Part shown: positions 27,661-40,710 of the stretch, piece by piece | Position numbering within the stretch: position 1 is the stretch's first letter | Layout of the letters: each line of letters opens with the position of its first letter | DNA from: Rhynchobatus australiae | Taxonomy: Eukaryota | Direction of reading: 5' to 3' | Assembly: GCA_034780895.1 (NCBI GenBank) | Contig: JAUZTB010000069.1 | Coordinates: 3,005,867 to 3,069,866 of the forward strand | Length of the DNA stretch: 64,000 nt | The notes under the pieces: model-generated | Database searches by the model: none | Seen by the model: the letters and a program-made list of their open reading frames with translations, nothing else | Told to the model about the DNA's origin: nothing | Made by a program: the position numbers and the translations under genes

Positions 27661-28014
27661 ATTGATGAAAATAGAGTAGACCATGGGGTGTAGGAGAGAG
27701 ATATCCTTTTGTGGTGCTGGAAGAGGTGTGGGAGAGAGTGTATGAGGTAGATATTCAATAGAATCTCTATCCTGGTTCTGTAGTGGTGGAGAAGGGGCAA
27801 GATCAAAAGTGCAGGAAATGGAACATGGTTGAGTGTCTTGCCATCTGTAGGGGAAGTGACCTTTTGGTTGACATAGAAGGAAGGTGGTATAGTCAGAATA
27901 CTAGATAAACTGGGAACAGAATAACTTCCTGGAAACTGGAAGTATAGTTGTGAGAGTTGTTCGATCTAGCACATGGAGATGGAGAAATTTGAGGAAGAAA
28001 TGAATGAAGAGGAA

Positions 28015-28257
28015 CATGCCCTCTCCTCGTTATTACCATCAGGGAAGAGGTACAGGATCCTGAAAACCCACACTTAACAATTTAGGAACAGCTTCTTCCC
28101 CTCCACCATCAGATTTCTGAATGGTCCTTCAATACTACATTACTCGTTTTTTGCACAATTTATTTTGTAATTTATAGTAACTTTTGTCTTGCATTGTACT
28201 GCTGCCAAAAAACAAACTTCACAACATATGAGTCATTGATAATAAATTTGATTCTGA
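28015..28257 (+). mobile_element. Rex1-like LINE 3' end
   Basis: LLPSGKRYR..FRNSFFPSTIR coding remnant followed by an aataaa..ttctga tail. Confidence 0.7.
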
Positions 28258-29299
28258 AAGAGTTCATAATGGATCTTGTAAAGTGTGTATTTTGGCAGCT
28301 ATGGTGATGAAATTTTCCAATGCACAGCAAGAGCTGAAAATACCTGTTACAGTCCTCCATTTATCTGAAAGGGAGAGGATCTGAGGAAGGTTCCAAGAGT
28401 CCTGCTGAGAGAAGTGCACAGCTCAGACCCTAGAGGTTCCCATAACAAAACCTGGAGAAAACGATAAGTGCCCAAAGCAGTTTATCCAAGTGAAGTGGAA
28501 CTGGGCAACTTGCATTTAAGGAGGATCCGCCCTATTGGGAGATGGTGCTCTAGATAAATTGAGTGAATTTGCTCAAAGGCATTGGAAGTGTTGTGGATAT
28601 AGGTTTATTTAATTTTTAAAATGTTATTGGATTATAAAATGTGTTCAGCTCAAAAGTTGTTAGATAATTTTCCATCTTTATAAATAACACAATGTAAACA
28701 CAGCAGATTTTGCAGCTTCTGTGTAACAGGAAACAAAAAACTGGAACCTTTATCTTTGCTCTCACCTCTGATACTGTCTGATCTGCTGAGTATTTCACTG
28801 CGTTTTTTGTATTAATTGTTATCGGTAACTCGGCATTTTATATGGCAGTGAGCTGCATTTACAGATATCCCTAATCCCTTACTATATAATAACTGCTCTA
28901 CAAATGTAGTACAACAGTAAATGTCCTAGTGTTATTTTATAGCAAGGAGTCATTCTACTACCTTGGTTATCAGTGCATCGATCATTAGGTATTGGAATCA
29001 TAGCATGACTTTAAGGTTTTTTGTCTTGATGTTCAGTATGAGCTAGTACATCATGAAGGGGTCAGATACTACTTTTGCATAGTGTTCAATGATAACTTAT
29101 TCTTGCTATAATCTCTGTTTATGCTTAAGTCAAATTACAATACTAAGTAATAATTTATTGTTGAGGCGTAAAAGCTGTCAAGTTGCTTCACGAGTGCTGG
29201 CCAACAAAATTTTAATGCAAGTATTAGGGAGGATATTGCGAGAGGCCTACTCCTAATTCATGTTTGTATTGGTAACTGTGGTTACTGCTGCCAATACAA

Positions 29300-29950
29300 A
29301 CATGAATTAGGTGCAGGAGCAGGCCCTTCAGTTCCTTGAACCTCTTCTGTCATTGACTAAGATAATAGCTGATCTGGTCACAACTTTAACTCTGCTTTTC
29401 TATCACCTTTTCATATGCATCACCACCCCAAACCATGCTTATCAAGTATCTAACTGTACAGAGACCCTGCTTCCACTGCTAAAGGGAAGCTTAAAAGATT
29501 TAAGACCCATTTGTCTTAAATGGGTGACCCCTTTATTTGTAAACAGTGACCCCCTCGTCCACATGCTCCCACAAGAGAAAATGTACCCTCCACATCCACC
29601 CAGTCAATATCTCTTGGGATCTGTGTTTAAAATCAAGTCTTCCTCTCACTATTCTAAACTCCAACAGGTACAAGCCTAGTCTATGCAGTCCTTCCTCATA
29701 AGAAGACCTTCCCTGTCCAGGTGTTAATATCATAATCTCCTGAACTGCTTCCAGAACATTAACATCCTTAAGAAACTAATACTGTAGTCGGTACTCTTGA
29801 TGTGGTCTTATTAATGTCCTCTGTGACAAACATAACCTTCCTAGTTTTGTATTCAATTCTCCTAACAATAAACAATAACATATCCTTGGCTTTTCTAATT
29901 GCTGTTCCTGCAAGCTAGCCTTTTACAAATCACACGAGGACACCCACTTC
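29300..29950 (-). mobile_element. CR1-like LINE fragment
   Basis: SYEEGLHRLGLYLLEFRIVRG. Confidence 0.8.
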
Positions 29951-30151
29951 AAGTTTTTCAATTTCTCAATTTTGATAATATGCTGGGGATTTTGTTTTCC
30001 ACTTTTCTGCCAAAGCAGACCAAGGTGGACTGATTTTAATATTGTGTGAATGCTCAAGGTAAAGTGAAGTTTGCTCATCTTCATCCTGTAAGTCTTTGGC
30101 ACAACAAATTATAACAATTTTTTCTTACCTCGTTTTCTCTTTTGTCTGCAG

Positions 30152-30284
30152 CTCCAATCTCCAGAATCTTTTGCAAAGAGTGTGCAGGAATTGACTATTG
30201 TCCTGCAGCGGACAACAGATCCAGCTAATCTGAACAGGCTACGATCTCATCTTGAACTCTTAGCTAATATAGATCCAAACCCAG
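30152..30284 (+). CDS. RC3H2: Roquin-2 coding exon 6
   Basis: ctgcag|CTC; [44 protein letters not shown]; G|gtaaat; 133 nt. Confidence 0.96.
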
Positions 30285-30899
30285 GTAAATATATACCTTG
30301 ATGTTCCTAAACTAAATAGTCATAACTGGGAATATTCCTGAGTGTTTGATATGCTTTATGGAAATACATTAATTTTTGATATAACTAACTAAATTCAATC
30401 CCAATGACATTATGCCTATTGCTAGAAAGTATCTGCTCTTTTATTTCAAAACAGTATTTTAGATTCCATGATGTCACTTGGTAAATGAATGTGTTTCTTA
30501 CCAGAACAGGGCCACATTTTTATTAAGAATTAAACTTTCACAACATAGTTCTTTCAGCAGAATGGGAATTGTGTATTTGGAGAAAATGCCTTTATGGTAT
30601 GGCTGGGCTTTATAGTCCAAGGAAGTTCTGTTGGAAATGTATACACTAATATCAAGCAGATCTATACAATAGTTCCACACTGAATTATCAAAAATTGTGG
30701 ACACCCTGGACAGCTAGACATACCATCATTCAATAAGATCTTGACTGATCTTTTATCTCTGCCACATTGCTGCACTAACCAGTATATCTTGATATCCTTA
30801 TTTCAAAATAGTCTTTAATCTTTGGTGAACAAGTCCCAACAACCCTCTTGGGTGGAGAATTCTAAAATTTCCCCCTTCTCTGGGGTGATAAATTTTTTG

Positions 30900-31303
30900 G
30901 GCCAGGCTAGATCTTTATTCCCTTGGGATATAGGAGAATGAGGGGATGACCTGATAGAAGTGTTTAAAATTATGAGAGGAATAGATAAAGTGGATGGTAA
31001 CAGTCTTTTCCCCAAGGTAGGGCAGTCCAAAACTAGGGGGCAGAGGATTAGGGTGAGAGGGGAAAGATTTCAAAGGGGATCTGAAGAAGCAACTTTTTCA
31101 CGCAGTGGGTGGTGAATGTATGGAATGAGCTGCCTGAGGAAGTGGTTGAGGCAGGTACAACAGTATCATTTAAGAAGCATGTGGAGGGGCACAGCTTGGA
31201 GGGATATGGGCTGAATACAGGAAATTAGGACAGGTTGGGTGGGTGGCGTGGACTGGTTGGGCTGAAGGGCCTGTATCTGTTCTATATTGCTCTGTGATTC
31301 TAT
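30900..31303 (+). mobile_element. CR1 3' fragment nested in an older - strand CR1 (about 30720-31690)
   Basis: aggggatgacctgatagaagtgtttaaaattatgagagg (RGDDLIEVFKIMRG), tggaatgagctgcc; flanks are - strand CR1. Confidence 0.8.
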
Positions 31304-31966
31304 CTGTCCTAAGTGGTAGACCCTTTCATTTGAAACTCGACCCCTGGTTCTAAATACCTCAGCCAGGGAAAGCATCAACTCCATATCTACACTTTCAAGC
31401 CCCACAAGAATTCTGTATGTTTGAATGCAGTCACCACTCATTCTCCTAAATTCAATTAAGTGGAGAGATCATGCAGATTGGGCCTCCTTGTATGACAAAT
31501 CTGCCATCTTAGAAATAAATCCAATGAACCTTCATTGCATTCCTTCTATCTCGTATATCTTTCTTGTACACAATATTCCAGTTGATGTCTCATCAAGACC
31601 CAATGTAATTGGATCAGGGCATCTAGATTTTTGTATTCAAATCCTTTCAAAAAAGGCCACTGTACAGTTTGATTTCCTAATTGCTTATTGNNNNNNNNNN
31701 GATACCCAGGACCGTCTTAAAGCCAACACTTAAAATTTTTCATTGTATTTTTCAAAAAAATTAGTCTCTATCAAAGTGTGAATAAATTTCTGCATTCTGA
31801 AGAGGCTGAGATGAAAGGGAGTGAAACAATGAAAAAGTGAAGGGAGAACTACTTTTTGCAAGTTGTAAAATGTCAAATAAGTCTGAAGCAACAAGCCTCA
31901 GCTTTTCAATATAACATTTTGATTTAGAAGTAAGAGGTGAAAAATACTATTTGTCTTTCTCTTAAG

Positions 31967-32085
31967 ATGCTGCAGCTCCAACATGGGAACAACTAGAAAA
32001 TTCAATGGTAGCTGTAAAGACTGTTGTCCATGGGCTTGTGGATTTCATCCAGAACTTCAGTAAAAAAGGTCATGAAGCACCACAA
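31967..32085 (+). CDS. RC3H2: Roquin-2 coding exon 7
   Basis: cttaag|AT; [39 protein letters not shown]|gtaagc; 119 nt. Confidence 0.95.
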
Positions 32086-32473
32086 GTAAGCCTTTTTTAT
32101 TAATGTAGTCTTGTTTCAAAAGAGTCAAAATATCGTCGATAGAATTTGAGCTAGCTGATGTTCTGAAAAGAATTGGTTTAAAACCAGTTTAAAAATGTGC
32201 AAAATTATTTTTTGCCTTCAAACTGAATTTCGGAGGAAAATTTAAAATGTGATTTGTCACATTGTTTGAGATTCTTTTGTATTGGAAAATAAACTTATGG
32301 CAACTTGTAGCTTTCTTGTAAATTGTATCACTCTTAAGAAATAGTTTTCCATTATTTTACAGCAAATATTTCAAAGTATAATTGTTAATCAGTATTGATC
32401 TAAAACAATTGACTGCTGTTGGATTAAAATTATAACAAAAGCCATGAAACTAGTGTTCGTTTGTTGTTTTCAG

Positions 32474-32586
32474 CCGCAGCCAAACAGCAAATATAAAACC
32501 AGCATGTGCCGAGATCTTCGACAACAAGGAGGCTGTCCTCGTGGTGCCAATTGTACCTTTGCTCACTCACAAGAGGAGTTGGAAAA
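32474..32586 (+). CDS. RC3H2: Roquin-2 coding exon 8 (CCCH zinc finger)
   Basis: tttcag|CCG; [37 protein letters not shown] (C-x8-C-x5-C-x3-H); AA|gtatat; 113 nt. Confidence 0.96.
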
Positions 32587-33967
32587 GTATATATTTTTAA
32601 TTATACATTGATTATAGTAGAAAGATGTCCTTGGAATCCTGTCTTTCCCCTTTCAAATTCAGTGAAAACATGTTCATTAGTGGGGAGAAACATTGGCACT
32701 GAGAAATATAATGTTGGACTTTTGGGTGCTGTTATGTTAATTACAGGTTAAATATATCATGGCTGGGTGGATTGTTGAGCTCCTATAACTGTATCGTAAT
32801 ATTGCACTTCCTTTTGAGGTGTACAGTCTATATTGCATTGTGGGTATTTCCGATCTTGTCATCTGAGAGAACCTAGGAATTTTTTTAAATTGCTGTCACA
32901 GTGAAGGTTTTAAGCCACAATATGGGCTGAACTTGAGAAACGAAAGGACATAAAGATCCTTTGTGTAATTCTCTTTTTGGAAAATCTTTCTTAAACTATT
33001 AAAATCAGTAGTAACAGCAAGAATCTTGTTAAGTGTTTCCGTCATGATATGGTTATTTTGAGGTTGAGGGAAATCTTTCTGCCAAATCAAAAACCTGCAA
33101 AAGCTGTAAATTTTGTAAGTGTCAGCATGTTGGGCAGCATGTATGGAGAGATAATAGACAGAGCCAATAGCAGCAGTTTTAATGTCAGTCTAAAGATAGA
33201 TTTGTCGGTGAAGATGGATGTCTTTGTGGCTTCAACATTTCAGGGTAATATAACAACAACTTTGCATTTGTACATCTTTTAATGAAGTAAAACAAGGGAG
33301 CTTTGCATTTAATTGAGCAAAAACTGGCACTCTTTTAAAGGGGGCATTAAGATGTGGTACAAGAGATTTCAAGGAACAAGTGGAGATTCTTAAGGGGGAG
33401 ATTCCCGAGCTTAGACACTAGACAGCTAAACCAATGGCCACCAACGGTAGGGTAGAACAGAAGAAATGGGAATTGTGCAATATGTTAGACATGGGGGTAA
33501 AATGCTGAATTTCCACTGATGGTATGATTGGAGGAGGTTAAAGATAAAGGTCACAGCCATAGGGAGATTTGAACATGAAGATCATTTTGAAATCGCATTG
33601 TTGACCTGGGAGCAACTGTATGTCAGAGACCAGAGTGATTTGACATGTGAATGGATCTTAATACATATTGTGACTCGGGCAGTCAGGTTTTCAATGAGTT
33701 CAAGTTTGGAAGTTGAAGTATTGCAGGCTGGTTGGAAATGCACAGGAAAATTATCATCTTTCTTTGTTCATAGAATATTGTTAGATTTGCTGTTATCTTT
33801 GGAATGTATTTCAGAGTGTCGGACTTTTGCCCAGTGGTAGTGCATATGTTTAATTTGCAATATTCGTTTTGGGCCTTAAAACCTGTGCAAAAATGATCAT
33901 TATGATGATTTTTAATATATTGAATGCTTCGTAGGGGTGGAAAACTTAGTTGTATTCTTTATAATAG

Positions 33968-34276
33968 GTATCGGATGCGGAATAAGAAGATAAATGCTAC
34001 AGTCAGGCCCTTCCCTCTATCACAAGCACTTCAGAACAAAGTTGGAATTGCCAATATAGTCACAACATCTGCAGGAAATATAGCCTCTGTAACAGGATCC
34101 ACTGAAACCACTGTGAAAATGGTACAGGCAACAAATGGGATAATTAGTCCAGAAAGTACTACACCACAACTAATACCACGATGTGCAGATACCTCTGCTT
34201 CTTTGGAGAATGCTAAGAAAATTGGACAAAACTGTCTGAGCACACCTGGATCACTATCTGGTTCACCAACAGAAAA
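33968..34276 (+). CDS. RC3H2: Roquin-2 coding exon 9
   Basis: aatag|G TAT CGG; YRMRNKKINATVRPFPL...PQLIPR...GSPTE; AA|gtaaga; 309 nt, phase 2 to 2. Confidence 0.92.
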
Positions 34277-34534
34277 GTAAGATGTCACTTTCCTTTTGTA
34301 AAATTTGAAATCCATACAACTTCCCCTTTTGGATTAATGTTTAAAGTTACAAATTGGCACACATTGTGACAAGTGATACCTTTACACAGGTAAATTGGCA
34401 TCTAATTAAAATGTAAGCTACTTTAGAAGATTGTCACAATGATTTTTCAATTATTATCAGTGTTACTTTGTGCATGATTTGTAAAGAGAGTGATTCTGAT
34501 GTGCTATTTAAATGCTATCAGTACATTTGATTGG

Positions 34535-34765
34535 GGTTCAGAGACCTGGGTTCAATCCTGACCTTGGGTGCTGACTGTGTGAAGTTTGTGTGTTCTCTCT
34601 GTGACTATATGGGTTTCTTCTAGATGCTCTTGTTTCCTCCCACATCCAAAAGATCTGCTGGTTGGTAGGTTAGTTGGCTGTTGTTAATTGCCCCTGGTGT
34701 ATAGTAAGGTATAGAATCTGTGAAGAGTTGATGTAAATGTAGGGAAAATGAAATGGGATTAGTCT
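34535..34765 (+). mobile_element. V-SINE
   Basis: gagacctgggttcaatcctgacc, gtgtgaagtttgtgtgttctc, tttcctcccacatccaaaaga. Confidence 0.8.
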
Positions 34766-35569
34766 ATAAATGGGAACTTTATTTTGAGTAGACCAATACT
34801 TAAATTGCAGACCAAGCCATAACATTTTTTCATGTGCTGAAAAGTTATTACAGCCTACAATAATTTTGCGATTAAATCATACAGCAGCATTCGAGAGGAA
34901 GTGTAGTTTAATGCTTCGGTGTGTACCTAAATCAAAAATTTTATTTCTATTAGTCTTTCATGAAGGAACTTACAAAATAAATAAAATTTGCTTAAGAATA
35001 AACCATATAGCTACCCAAAGGGACAGATGATATGGAATAAGTTGTTTAGTGAACACAGAATCTATTGCCAATTGAATTATTCAATCTGAGCAAATACAAG
35101 AGGTTTTGGTGCATTACTTTGTATATGTAACAAAGAAACTGACCTATTTTAAAATTGAATTCCCACAACTACTTTTATTTCAATTTTTTTTTCTTTTTAA
35201 AAATTGGAACCTGTAGATATTTTTTGAATGGCTGAATTATAGTAAGCTTCAAACGTACAGAATGGTTTAAGAATTCAAAGTTGTCTGAGAAGAACCTTCA
35301 ATAGTGTCGGGTGTGTAAGGGCAGGATCTTGGCAATCAGCATGAATGGACATTTTTGTTACATCTGCTCTCATCTTTGAAAGACAGAAGAAAGATACTTC
35401 TACCAAAATATTTTTCCATGTAAACCCCTGCTGGGTATTGAGCAATTATCTCCTTGTTTTAAATTCCTTAATGAATAATACTTTGCAAAGGAAGCACATT
35501 GNNNNNNNNNNTCTGAAGCTGCTAGATAAAATTGCATTTTGCTATAAAAGACTTGACTTTGTTTTCCAG

Positions 35570-35778
35570 TAAAATTGGTTCACCTCCCAAGACTATACTC
35601 AACCAGGTGCTCCCTACTTCAGCTGTTATGTCATCACATATTGGACCAGATGCCACTTCCCTATCCTCTGCAAAATCTGTGTCAAGAGTGTCGGTGTACC
35701 CATCTCAGCAACCTGATTTGTATTATCAGGACCCCAGAGCAACTGTTTCCTATGAATTGCCTGCATACCAACAACCAG
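35570..35778 (+). CDS. RC3H2: Roquin-2 coding exon 10
   Basis: ttccag|T AAA; KIGSPPKT...YYQDPR...YQQP; G|gtaagc; 209 nt, phase 2 to 1. Confidence 0.9.
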
Positions 35779-36184
35779 GTAAGCTAAACCAAAATTTATG
35801 GTTTTTCCATCCATAGTGATGGCTTGATGAATCTATGCTGTACCTAATGGCTGTTCACACAGATACAGTTCAGGGTGGCCTCTCTGAAGACCTGTAGAAC
35901 AGGCCACCACCAAACCTGTGATGGCTATTTAAAAGAAATCCAGTTATTCCTTTTATTCCTTTTATTCCCCTGCTGTTCCTCCAGTTTTTGTTTCAACAAT
36001 ATTTATCCAGTTTCCTTGCTGAAACCTACCATTAAACCTGCATTTCTTCCATCAGGCAGTGCATTCCCAATTTTAACATGGTGCTTGAAAAGGAGCTCCA
36101 AAAATTTCTCTCTCCATTCTCATCTTTCAACATATTTCTATTAGATTGAATAATCCTATTTCTTGGTCTTAATCCTGAGATGTA

Positions 36185-36601
36185 TAGAACATAGAACAGT
36201 AGAGCACAGGAAATGAGCTCTTTTACCCACTATGTCTGTGCTGACCCTGATGCCAAATTAAACTAATCCCATCTGCTTGCACATGCTTTATATTCCTCCA
36301 TTTCCTGCCGTTCGTGTATCTGTATAAATGCCTATTAAACATTACTATCGTATCTGCTTCTACCACCTCCCCTGGCAAGGTGTTACAGACAACCACCACT
36401 TTATTTTATAAGAAAAAAAAGTTGTAAATTTCCTTTTAAAATTCCCTGCCTCACCTTTTTAAAGCTATACACTCTGGTATTTGATATTTTCTACCCTGGG
36501 GAAAAAGACTCTGACTATCTACCCTATGTATCCCTCTCATAATATACTTCTATCAGGTCACACCTCTGCCTCCAGTGCTCCAGAGAAAACAATCCAAGTT
36601 T
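36185..36601 (-). mobile_element. CR1 3' fragment, continuing at about 39512-39640
   Basis: tagaacatagaacag tail; colinear with the copy at 13840-14250. Confidence 0.8.
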
Positions 36602-36857
36602 GTATTGGTTTATTATTGTCATTTGTACCAAGGTACTGTGAAAAGTTTGTCTTACAAACCGATTGTACAGGATCATTACACAGTACAGTTACATTGAGTT
36701 AGTACAGAGTGCATTGATGTAGTACAGGTAAAAACAATAACAGTACAGANNNNNNNNNNNNNNNNNNNNNNNNNNNNNNNNNNNNNNNNNNNNNNNNNNN
36801 NNNNNNNNNNNNNNNNNNNNNNNNNNNNNNNNNNNNNNNNNNNNNNNNNGATCTATT

Positions 36858-37030
36858 TGGCAGATGAGGCAGCATCGATGGAAGGAAATGAACAGTCGAC
36901 GTTTCGGGTCATGGGGATCTCGCCCCAAAACGTTGACTGTCGTCCCTTTCTCTCCAAACCCGCGACCTGACCTGTTGAGTTCCTCCAGTGCCCCTTTTGT
37001 TGCTTCAGGTTCCAGCAGTCTCTTGCATCT
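36858..37030. repeat. Palindromic hammerhead-associated element with internal deletion
   Basis: acagtcgacgtttcggg (36892-36908) is inverted to cccaaaacgttgactgt (36924-36940). Confidence 0.75.
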
Positions 37031-38354
37031 CCACAGATCTTTTCTCTGCAACAGCATGCTTCTGAGGAGGTAGATGTGCAGTGCATGTGAGAAAGAGGTG
37101 GATTTATTGACAGCTTTTGCCACCTTCACCCCTTTTTGAGGTAGATATTGTGGAGTGAAAGAGAATGAGTCTTTGTGCAACAAAACCTGGTGAGCAGGGT
37201 TTTGACCCGAAAAGTTGACAATTCCTTCCCCACTCCCCCCCACCCCTGCCAACAGATGCTGCTCAACCTGCTGAGTTCCTCCAACAGATTGTTTCTTGCT
37301 CTAAATTATCGCTGCTGCCCTCACGCCCTCATGCTACACCATCCTACTTATAATGCTTGATTTGATGGAGTCGTAGAGTTGTACAGCAAAGGATCAGGCC
37401 CTTGTCCATTGTTGTTTGTGCCCATGCTGACTGCATCCAAAAATCCAAATCAGTTTCCAGAGCTCCCTCGGGCAGAGATTTACACTCCTTTGAGTGAGGA
37501 ATTTCCTTATCTCTTCCTTAAGTAGTCGTCTCTTTATCGTGAAACTGTGTCCCCTGGTAACAGATTTAAGGAAACATCCTCTCAGTACGTATTTCTCAAG
37601 CCTCTTCACTATCTTACATGTTTCTACAGGATTACCACCTTTGAAATGTAAAGCAGGCTTCAAAACATATTTAAAAATCTCTTTTCCACCCACATTTTGC
37701 TGTCTTTATCTTTTGTACTGCTTCTCATTTTATATATTCTTATCAGTTAGTGAACTGTGGTCAGATAGAGTACTTCAAGTTATTTAGATTTCCCATGAAG
37801 AGTTATTGTCCTCTTTCACATTTCTAACTGTAGACTGAATTACAGTGTCAAAGAAAATGCCTGAAATACAATTTTAATAAATAGTATTGAGATCAATATC
37901 ATACTGCAAAAGCAAAACAAAAATTCAGTATTATCAAGTTAATGTGAGGAGAGATACATCGTCATTAGTTGTTTAAATACCGTGGAGCTGTGCAAGTAAT
38001 TGTTTGCATGCTAATAGATATTTAACAATATCCCTGATTCTCTCTAGTTGATTAGCATTGTGTTCTCACAAACATTTGACTACAATCCTAACAAAGTTGA
38101 CATTGGCTTTTGGTGTTTGTGCTCTTTGGCAGACAGTTCATTAGCTTCAGACAGCTGACTAGTTTTAATTTCACACCTCATAACTAGATCCAACATTCTG
38201 AAGTCAGATTTAATTTCCTTCCCGTGCTGCTGCCTCTCTGCATTGTCAATGCACACATTTCCATTTGCCATTTTAACCCTTGCAGAGCCCTAGAGAAAGA
38301 TTAGCCCCAAATTTTAATTGCGACAAGCATCAGACTTAACTACATAATGGGGTG

Positions 38355-39510
38355 TTGGTATTGGTTTATTATTGTTGCTTGTACCAAGGTACAGTGAAAA
38401 ACTTGTCTTGCAATTCATTGCACAGTGCAGTTACATCGAGTTAGTACAGAGTGCATTGATGCAGTACAGGCAAAAACAATAACAGTACAGAGTACAGTGT
38501 CACAGCTACAGAGAAAGTGCAGTGCAATTAGGTGCAAAATCACAACAAGGTAGATCACGAGGTCATAGTCTATCTCATTGTATAAGGGAACTGTTCAATA
38601 GTCTTATCACAGTGGGATAGAAGTGGTCCTTAAGCCTGGTGGTACTTGCCCTCAGGCTCCTGTATCTTCTACCTGATGGAAGCGGAGAGAAGAGAGAATG
38701 ACCCAGGTGGGTGGGGTCTTTGATTATGCTGGCTGCTACACCAAGACAGTGACAGGTAAAGTCAGAGTCTAAAGAGGGGAGGCTGGTTTCCATGACACGC
38801 TGGGCTGTGTCCACACCTCTCTGCAGTTTCTTGCGGCCCTGGGCAGAGCAGTTGCCGTACAAAGCTGTGATGCATCCAGATAGGATGCTTTCTATGGTGC
38901 ATCAATAAAAGTTGGTGAGTGTCAAAGGGGACATAGCAAATCTCTTTAGCCTCCTGAGGAAGTAGAGGCACTGGTGAGCTTTCTTGGCCGTGGCATCTAC
39001 GTGATTTGACCAGGACAAGCTGTTGGTGATGTTCACTCCCAGGAACTTGAAGCGCTCAACTCTCTCGACCTCAGCACTGTTGATGTAGACAGGTGCACGT
39101 ACACCACCCCTTTCCTGAAGTCCATGACCAGCTCTTTTGTTGACATTGGGGGAAAGATTGTTGTCATGACACCATGCCACTAAGCTCTCTATCTCCTTCC
39201 TGTACTCTGACTCATTGCTGTTTGAGATACAGCCTGCAACGGTGGTATCATCTGCAAACTTGTAGATGGAGTTAGAGCAGAATCTGGCCGCACAGTCATG
39301 AGTGTACAGGGAGTAGAGTAGAGGGCTGAGGATGCAGCCTTGTGGGGCACTAGTGTTGAGAATAATTGTGCCGGAGGTATTGCTGCCTATCCTCACTGAT
39401 TGTGGTCTGTTTGTTAGAAAGTCAAGGATCCAGTTACAGAGGGAGGTGTTGAGTCCCAGGTGTCGGAGTTTTGTGACAAGCTTACTTGGGATTATTCTAT
39501 TGAAGGCAGA
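38355..39510 (-). mobile_element. Rex1/Babar-like non-LTR retrotransposon, 5'-truncated RT and 3' tail
   Basis: [56 protein letters not shown]; frameshifted. Confidence 0.9.
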
Positions 39511-40079
39511 GCCAACGTCTCATTGTAGTTAATTACACTGTAATTCAGGCAACATCCTGCTGAACCTCTTCTGCACCCTCTCCAAAACCTCCACATCCTT
39601 CCTGTAATACAGCAACCAGAATTGCACATAATACCTTATATTTCTCTCTAAACTTGAAGTACTCACTATTTTATCTCATTATAGTTTCAAAGATTTTGTT
39701 TACAACTGGAATTAATTTAAAAACAAAAAACAAGCAACACTCAACAGGATAGACAGTATTTGTGGAAAGAATAACCATTAACTTTTCAGATTTGAGATGC
39801 TTTTGTCATCACTGAAAAAGAAAAAATTGGCTTTCACTGGTAGAGAAGGTGAGGGAAGGAGGGATGGGTAGAACCAAGGAATATTTGAGACCTGTGTTTT
39901 TCCAGCATTTTTGTTTTTATTTTGGATTTCCATCTCCTGCAGCTTTTCATGTGATTTTTTTTTTCTCTCTCATTATCCATTAGCCTGAATATTTACCTGG
40001 CTTCTTCCTTTCTCCCTGGACAGAGATAATGGATTCAGCATCTGTCAGTCCCCAGCAAGGGAGAGTTTAAACACCAACC

Positions 40080-40710
40080 CTTCACATTTAATGACATTGC
40101 CATTACTGGATCCCCTATCAACAACATTCTGGGTTCACCATTGCAAGAAACTCAATTGAGCCAGCCTCCTAAATACCATGGCTGCAGGAGCAGGTCAAGA
40201 GGGTTGGGTATCTGGGGCAAGTAATTTGTCTCCTGACACCCCAAAACCTTTCCACCATCTACACCAGACCAAGGCTTCTGGATGAGTGCAGCTCCAACAA
40301 CACTCAAGCAGGCTACTTGATTGGTATCCATCCACCATCCTAAACATTCATTGCCTCCACCAGTGCACAGTCGCCACAGTGCGCACTGTTTACAAAGTGA
40401 ATTGCAGTTACTAGCCAACGATTCTTTGACAGTATCTCCCAGACCTGAGATGTGTACCAACAAGAAGGCCAGGTTCTTCAGGTGCATGTTCCTGTGCAAG
40501 TAACACCTCATCCTGATGTGGATATACCTCTATATCACTGTTCCTTCAGTGTCATTGGGTCAAAATCCTGGAATGCCCTCCTGAACAGCAGTGTGGGAGT
40601 AGAAGGACTGTTAGTTCAAGAAGGTAGTTCACCACTGCCTCCTTTGTGCCAGTTAGAGACAGGCAATAAATGCTGGCTTTGCCCACTATGTGCAGGTCCC
40701 AAAAATTAAT
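40080..40710 (+). mobile_element. Degenerate LINE 3' fragment (recurrent family)
   Basis: agaaactcaa, ctggatgagtgcagctccaacaacactcaag, gggtcaaaatcctggaa, ggcaataaatgctggc. Confidence 0.65.

Noticed and set aside
28304-28384. GTGATGA with downstream CTGA motifs as a possible SNORD90 orthologue
   Set aside because: No convincing terminal stem or recognisable guide, and it lies among repeat debris.
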